Positions 58,601-64,000 of a DNA stretch of 64,000 nt are shown in pieces (within the stretch, counting starts at the first letter, position 1; each line of letters opens with the position of its first letter). The stretch is from Candidatus Moraniibacteriota bacterium (GTDB lineage Bacteria; Patescibacteriota; Minisyncoccia; Moranbacterales; UBA2206). Below the pieces are notes generated by a model. That model ran no database searches. It saw only the letters and a program-made list of their open reading frames with translations, and was not told where the DNA came from. The stretch spans positions 8,623 through 72,622 of the forward strand of contig JBAQNM010000004.1 in the NCBI GenBank assembly GCA_049303795.1, in the 5' to 3' direction. Both the position numbers and the translations under genes were made by a program.

Positions 58601-60268
58601 CTACATCATCCCCCCCATACCTCCCATACCAGGCATTCCCCCGCCATGATCATGTTCTTTTTTTTCCGGCTTATCGGCTATTGCCACTTGCGATGTAAGA
58701 AAAATGGAAGCAACACTAACAGCATTTTCCAGCGCCATTCTGGTGACTTTCATCGGATCGATAATACCAGCTTTTAACATATCGGAAACAAACTCTCCAC
58801 AATTTGCATCAAAACCATAATTTAATCCTTTATTTTTTATTATTTCATACACAACAACACCAGGATCTTTTTGTCCGCCATTAGCTACAATTTGCTTAGC
58901 AGGCTCTTCCATGGATTTTAAGAGCATTTTATAGCCAACATTGTACTCCAAATTATTCTCATTGAGTTTATTGCTAGCGTTAATCTTGGCCAACAAGCTC
59001 GTTGCTACCCGTAAAAGAGCTACCCCTCCACCAGCTACAATACCCTCTTCATAAGCTGCTCGCGTTGCTGCTAAGGCATCCTCCATTTTATGTTTCATAT
59101 AGGTCAACTCTGTTTCTGTTGCAGCGCCAACTTTAATCACGGCCACGCCTCCAGAAATTTTTGCTAAACGTTTTTGCATTTTTTCCTTATCCCACTTGCT
59201 TTCACTTCCTGCTAGCTGTTTTTTGATTTGCCCAATGCGCATTTCGATTTCCTTTTTTTTACCTTTGCCTCCCACAATAGTTGTATTGTCTTTTGTGGAA
59301 ATCACCTTACTTGCTTGCCCAAGCATAGAAAGCTCCGCCGCTTCCAACTTCATACCAGTTTCTTCTGAAATAACTTTTCCTCCAGTGATAGTAGCAATAT
59401 CCTCCAGCATTGCCTTTTTATTATCACCAAATTCCGGTGCTTTAATAGCTAGGATATTTAGAATTCCCCGAAGCTTATTAACGACTAATGTAGTCAAGGC
59501 CTCGCCATCAATATCCTCGGCAATTATAACAATATCTTTCTTTCCGCTTGCTGTAATCTTTTCTAAAATCGGTAAAATCTCCGCTACAGCAGAAATCTTT
59601 TTATCCGTTATAATAATTAAAGCGTCTTTTAATTCTGCTCTTAATGATTCGCTGTTTGTAATCATATAAGGAGAGATGTAGCCCTTATCAAAATTCATCC
59701 CCTCCACAATTTCTTTTTCCAATCCAAATGTCTGTGATTCTTCAACTGTAATCACGCCATCCTTGCCCACCTCAGAAATAACTTCAGAAATCATACGTCC
59801 CATCTCAGCACTCTCCGCTGAGATAGTGGCTACTTGAGCAATTTCTTCTTTTGAGCTGATCGCCTTGGAAATCTTTTTAAGTTCTGCTACAGCATCATTT
59901 TTAGCGTCTTCAATTCCTCGTCTGATACTAATCGGATTCATGCCTGTGGCAACTAGTCGAGATCCATCGCGCACAATTGCTTGGGCTAATATTGTAGCTG
60001 TAGTAGTTCCATCTCCAGCGTTATCATTGGTTTTATTTGCAACTTCTTTAATTAAGTCAGCACCGATATTTTCAAATTTATCTTCTAGGTCAATTTCTTT
60101 GGCAATGGAAACGCCATCGTTAGTAATAACTGGGCTACCAAAACCCCTATCCATAATCACATTCCGTCCACGTGGTCCAATCGTTGTCTTAACTGCATCA
60201 GCAACTTTGTCGATTCCAGTTTTAATTTTTTGTCTCGCCTCCTCATCAAACATAATAATCTTACTCAT
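58601..60268 (-). CDS. groL: Chaperonin GroEL (60 kDa)
   Basis: AAKDVKF-type N-terminus (MSKIIMFDEEAR...), GDGTTTATILA motif and a C-terminal GGM repeat tail. 555 aa. Confidence 0.97.
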   Translation of the reverse strand: MSKIIMFDEEARQKIKTGIDKVADAVKTTIGPRGRNVIMDRGFGSPVITNDGVSIAKEIDLEDKFENIGADLIKEVANKTNDNAGDGTTTATILAQAIVRDGSRLVATGMNPISIRRGIEDAKNDAVAELKKISKAISSKEEIAQVATISAESAEMGRMISEVISEVGKDGVITVEESQTFGLEKEIVEGMNFDKGYISPYMITNSESLRAELKDALIIITDKKISAVAEILPILEKITASGKKDIVIIAEDIDGEALTTLVVNKLRGILNILAIKAPEFGDNKKAMLEDIATITGGKVISEETGMKLEAAELSMLGQASKVISTKDNTTIVGGKGKKKEIEMRIGQIKKQLAGSESKWDKEKMQKRLAKISGGVAVIKVGAATETELTYMKHKMEDALAATRAAYEEGIVAGGGVALLRVATSLLAKINASNKLNENNLEYNVGYKMLLKSMEEPAKQIVANGGQKDPGVVVYEIIKNKGLNYGFDANCGEFVSDMLKAGIIDPMKVTRMALENAVSVASIFLTSQVAIADKPEKKEHDHGGGMPGMGGMGGMM

Positions 60269-60300
60269 ATTTTTAGTTTTAAAAAAAATTAATAATTACT

Positions 60301-60327
60301 TTAGCAGTCTTATTCATTGAGTGCTAA
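60301..60327 (-). promoter_or_regulatory. CIRCE operator (HrcA box) upstream of groEL
   Basis: TTAGCAGTC-N9-GAGTGCTAA versus the consensus TTAGCACTC-N9-GAGTGCTAA (one mismatch). Starts 33 nt upstream of the groEL start. Confidence 0.75.
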
Positions 60328-60383
60328 CATACTCTATTTTTGCAAAATTTTAAAAATCCGTCAAGTGGGCTAAATTGAGGCTT

Positions 60384-61307
60384 TTATTTTATTCTTTCTA
60401 GCCTTTTTTGAAACTCATCAAAAATTCTCGGACCTTGTGGGTCGGGTAAAAACACAAGTGAATTATCATCAGCTACAATCAAGCTTCCCGCTTTTTTTGT
60501 ACGTGGATCAGCAACCACTCGACTCACTTGCCAACTTTTTAATTTACTCTCTATAAATTCAAAGCCAAAAATTGATTCGCCTATTTTTCTAATCTGTCTC
60601 GAAAAATAACTGTCTTTAATTATTTTTAGATTTTCTATTTGATCAAAAGTATAATTTTCATGATAATTTTTTATCCAAAAATTCGCCTTTTGAAACATCC
60701 TAAAGTACTCAAACCCAAAAATAGGCACAATAAAAGAATACTCTGATGAAGCAAATAAATCTTGCATGTCAATTTCCAGTGAATTTGTGGTAACAAAATA
60801 ATTCAAGCAAATACGATTGGTAATTTTTTGACCATAACGCCTCATACCTAAAAGGTGAGTTACTATTGTTACCAAAAGCCTGCCAGTAAAAATATGCTTT
60901 TTTTTCAAAACAATCAATAAATCAAGATCACTTTTTCTTTCGGTATTTTTCATAGCGATTCTGCCAGTTACAGCAATCATCCGCACAAAAGGAACCGCTC
61001 GTAGTAACCAAACAGCCCTTCTGACTAGTTTAATTTTTTTTTCTGCTATTTTATTTCTTTCAATGCGCTGAGAAACTAAATTTTTCCGACCAGCTAAAAA
61101 ATAATACCCATTATAGCTTTCGACTTTTTTCTTTAATTCCCCCATTTCCAAGCAACTAACAACATCTAAAAGTGTATTTTTCTCATCCATTATTTCATGA
61201 TCTTTTGTAATCAGATATTTCCAAATCTCAAAAACAGTTAATGGATAATCCAAAACATCATAATAACAAATAGTAACAAGAATATTTTGGGTTAATTTTT
61301 CTGACAT
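60384..61307 (-). CDS. Hypothetical protein with a nucleotidyltransferase-like motif
   Basis: GRIAMKNTERKSDLDLLIV resembles the Pol-beta-type NTase G[SG]x9DxD motif. 307 aa. Confidence 0.45.
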   Translation of the reverse strand: MSEKLTQNILVTICYYDVLDYPLTVFEIWKYLITKDHEIMDEKNTLLDVVSCLEMGELKKKVESYNGYYFLAGRKNLVSQRIERNKIAEKKIKLVRRAVWLLRAVPFVRMIAVTGRIAMKNTERKSDLDLLIVLKKKHIFTGRLLVTIVTHLLGMRRYGQKITNRICLNYFVTTNSLEIDMQDLFASSEYSFIVPIFGFEYFRMFQKANFWIKNYHENYTFDQIENLKIIKDSYFSRQIRKIGESIFGFEFIESKLKSWQVSRVVADPRTKKAGSLIVADDNSLVFLPDPQGPRIFDEFQKRLERIK

Positions 61308-61312
61308 ATTTT

Positions 61313-64000
61313 TTACAAATATTTTCCAGTCCAGCTTCTTTTGTGGTTTTTTAAATCAGCGGGGACGCCCTCAAAAACTATTTCTCCTCCACCATTGCCT
61401 CCTTCCGGACCAAGATCAATAACCCAGTCTGAATTTTTGATTACATCTAAATTATGCTCAACGACAAGTACCGTGTTTCCTTTATTTACCAATGCATCTA
61501 AAACATCTAGTAATTTACGAATATCTTCGAAATGAAGCCCGATTGTTGGTTCATCAAGAATGTATAAAGTATCTCCGGTGGAGCGACGAGAAAGCTCGGT
61601 AGCCAATTTTATGCGTTGTGCCTCTCCGCCAGAAAGATCCAGCGCGCTTTGGCCCAATTTTAAATATCCCAATCCGACTTTTTCTAGTGTAGCCAATTTT
61701 TCTGTTATCAATTTAGAACTCTTAAAAAAAGCCAGGGCATAGCTAACACTCATATCCAAAACTTGCGCTATATTAACGCCATGATATTCAATGTCCAATG
61801 TCCCTTGATTATATTTCGTTCCGCCACACGACTCACATTTAATATAAACGTCGGGCAAGAGATGCATCTCGATTTTCTTTTGTCCCTCTCCCTGACAATC
61901 CTCGCAACGCCCACCTTTCATGTTAAAACTAAAACGGCTAGCATCATAACCTCGTGTCTTTGCTTCTTCAACTTCAGAAAATAATTCTCGAATAAGTGAA
62001 AAAACTCCTGTATAGGTTGCCGCATTTGATCTTGGTGTTCGCCCAATCGGCGCCTGATCAATACTAATAACCTTATTAATATTTTCAATACCGCTAATTT
62101 TTTTGTGGCATCCCGGCGTTTCTTTCGCTCTAAAAAAATGCTTGGCAAGTGCTTTTGCCAGAATATCTAAAACCAAAGTCGATTTTCCCGATCCGGAAAC
62201 ACCTGTAACTGAAATAAACTTCCCTAAAGGAAAATCAATGTCAACATTTTTCAAATTGTGCTCGCTAGCGCCTTGAATTTTTATAAATTTTCCCGTGCCT
62301 TTTCTTATTTTCTTTTTTTGCACAACCTTTCTTTTGCCATTTAAGTATTGAGCTGTCAGTGTGTTGGATTTCAAAAGTTTCTTAAGATCTCCAGAAAAAA
62401 TCACCTCCCCACCATACTCTCCCGCACCCGGACCCATATCAATAATCCAATCAGCCGCACGAATAATTGCTTCATCATGCTCAACAGCAATTAAAGAATT
62501 ACCCGCTTCGCAAAGTTCATTTATTGTGCCGATTAATTTTTCCGTATCACGATTATGCAGGCCAATTGACGGTTCATCCAAAACATAAGTGATTCCGGAA
62601 AGTTCCGATCCGATTTGTGTTGCCAAGCGAATTCTTTGCCCTTCTCCACCAGAAATAGAATTAGTTCCCCGCGAAAGCGCCAAATATTCCAAACCAACAT
62701 TTCTAAGAGCGCCAACTCGCACTTTCATTTCCTTGATTAGTGGAGCAGTTACATTTTTCTTAGCAGTATATTGATTTGTTTTTTCTAGTTCTTCTAAAAA
62801 ATTGTCAAACTCATCCAAAGATAAATCCACTATTTGGTCAATTGATTTATCCAAAACAAGCACAGACAAATATTCACTTTTTAGTCTTTTTCCCAAGCAT
62901 AAAGGACAAGTTTTCTCAATCACATATTTTTCTATTTCACTCTTTAGATAATTAGAATTTAATTCTTCATATTTTCTCTTCATTGATGGAATAATACCTT
63001 CAAAAACAATTTTAGGATCATTCGATCCATAGAGCACAATATTTAGATGTTCGCGACTGATTTTTTTAACCGGAATATTAACAGAAAAACCATATTTTTC
63101 TCCTAACATCTCCAAGATATTATTTCCACTAGAGAGCACTGACGATCGTCCTCCTGATTTATTCCAAGATAAAATAGCTCCTTCAGCCAGAGTTAAATTT
63201 TTATTAGGAATAAGCAAATCTTCATCTATATCTTTAACAACACCGAGACCGGAGCAATATTGACAAGCCCCTTCGGGACTATTAAAGGAAAAATTTTTTG
63301 GCATAATATCGCTCACTTCAAAAAAACATTTCTTGCAAACAAAGTCGCGATTATACAGCTTCTCTGTTTCATTATCTTGGACAACTATTGCCATGCCCTT
63401 TCCCAATTTAAAAGCAGTCTCAATTGAATCCAAAATTCTTTCTTGATCAGGAGTTTTTTTATTAAACACTAACCGATCAACCACTATTTCCAAGTTGGCA
63501 CTATCCTCTAACTCTTTTTGCTCTAAGGCTTCTGCTAATAAAATTATTTTTCCATTTACTCTCAAACGCGCATAGCCTAGCTGTTTGATACTTTTCAATC
63601 TCTCCTTAAAATTCTTTTCTTTATTATTTATTTTTGCCAAAATAGCAATATTTGTTTTGTCTGGAAAATTTAAAATATCCGCCAAAACCTCAGTGTTGCT
63701 AATTTTTTCCAAAGGCGTTTTACAATGCGGACAATGCGGCGTGCCAATTTTAGCAAACAAAACTCGCAGATAATCATAGATTTCTGTAAGTGTTCCCACC
63801 GTTGAGCGTGAAGACCGTCCGATACTTTTTTGATCAATAGAAATGGTTGGCGTTAAGTTTTCGATTCTATCAACATCTGGCTTGGCAGAAATATCAAGAA
63901 ATTGCGTCGCATAACTCGACATACCCTCTAAATAGCGCCGATTACCTTCGGCATAAATTGCATCAAAAGCCAGAGACGACTTACCTGAGCCGGAAAGTCC
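61313..64000 (-). CDS. uvrA: Excinuclease ABC subunit A (N-terminus lies beyond the window end)
   Basis: The reading frame stays open to the window edge, encoding GLSGSGKSSLAFDAIYAEGNRRYLEGMSSYATQFL... with two ABC ATPase modules and zinc fingers. The track's ATG at 63922 is internal. Confidence 0.95.
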   Translation of the reverse strand, partial: GLSGSGKSSLAFDAIYAEGNRRYLEGMSSYATQFLDISAKPDVDRIENLTPTISIDQKSIGRSSRSTVGTLTEIYDYLRVLFAKIGTPHCPHCKTPLEKISNTEVLADILNFPDKTNIAILAKINNKEKNFKERLKSIKQLGYARLRVNGKIILLAEALEQKELEDSANLEIVVDRLVFNKKTPDQERILDSIETAFKLGKGMAIVVQDNETEKLYNRDFVCKKCFFEVSDIMPKNFSFNSPEGACQYCSGLGVVKDIDEDLLIPNKNLTLAEGAILSWNKSGGRSSVLSSGNNILEMLGEKYGFSVNIPVKKISREHLNIVLYGSNDPKIVFEGIIPSMKRKYEELNSNYLKSEIEKYVIEKTCPLCLGKRLKSEYLSVLVLDKSIDQIVDLSLDEFDNFLEELEKTNQYTAKKNVTAPLIKEMKVRVGALRNVGLEYLALSRGTNSISGGEGQRIRLATQIGSELSGITYVLDEPSIGLHNRDTEKLIGTINELCEAGNSLIAVEHDEAIIRAADWIIDMGPGAGEYGGEVIFSGDLKKLLKSNTLTAQYLNGKRKVVQKKKIRKGTGKFIKIQGASEHNLKNVDIDFPLGKFISVTGVSGSGKSTLVLDILAKALAKHFFRAKETPGCHKKISGIENINKVISIDQAPIGRTPRSNAATYTGVFSLIRELFSEVEEAKTRGYDASRFSFNMKGGRCEDCQGEGQKKIEMHLLPDVYIKCESCGGTKYNQGTLDIEYHGVNIAQVLDMSVSYALAFFKSSKLITEKLATLEKVGLGYLKLGQSALDLSGGEAQRIKLATELSRRSTGDTLYILDEPTIGLHFEDIRKLLDVLDALVNKGNTVLVVEHNLDVIKNSDWVIDLGPEGGNGGGEIVFEGVPADLKNHKRSWTGKYL

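Noticed and set aside
59196-60320. Two ~150-aa plus-strand ORFs
   Set aside because: Antisense to groEL; Ser/Ile/Ala-rich mirror translation.

Overview
This 64-kb window is AT-rich (roughly 33-36% GC by eye) and gene-dense, and its gene content looks like a reduced-genome, CPR/Patescibacteria-like bacterium. That taxonomic call is inference only. Standard genetic code: TGA is used as a stop.

Main content:
- A complete type IVa pilus operon on the minus strand (12938-25437): pilM-N-O-B, a standalone REC domain, pilT, pilC, two tandem pilA genes, a small membrane ORF, pilD, three minor pilins, and a 590-aa cysteine-rich protein.
- A second, pilin-less pilus/T2SS-like cluster (49101-58485): pilB2, pilC2, two prepilin-like minor pilins, a PilX_N-like 512-aa protein, a PilM-PilN fusion, and a PilO-like protein.
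- Housekeeping genes: ABC-2 exporter, SDR epimerase, gatCA, ligA, clpC, comF-like, recG, tsaD, hsp20, vanW-like, groEL preceded by a CIRCE operator but with no adjacent groES, and a 5'-truncated uvrA.
- Twelve tRNAs in four clusters, plus a tRNA-Ser-like structured remnant. The clusters include an initiator-like tRNA-CAT with an A1xA72 end, a tRNA-His with encoded G-1, and a tRNA-Lys with encoded CCA.

Most interesting candidates:
1. A higher-GC islet (about 3.5-8.1 kb) ending at tRNA-Asp, bounded internally by perfect 33-bp direct repeats. It carries an orphan TAXI-like solute-binding protein operon, two HTH regulators and an unknown 310-aa protein, with no integrase.
2. The ~40-cysteine, 590-aa protein at the end of the pilus operon.
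3. An overlapping radical-SAM / Cys-Met-PLP enzyme pair with a divergent TrmB-like regulator.
4. A zinc-ribbon-membrane / transglutaminase-like three-gene operon.
5. Two genes (an XRE regulator and comF) whose canonical starts are restored only by +/-1 changes in T homopolymers.

All functional calls are motif-level readings of the supplied translations and were not searched against databases.
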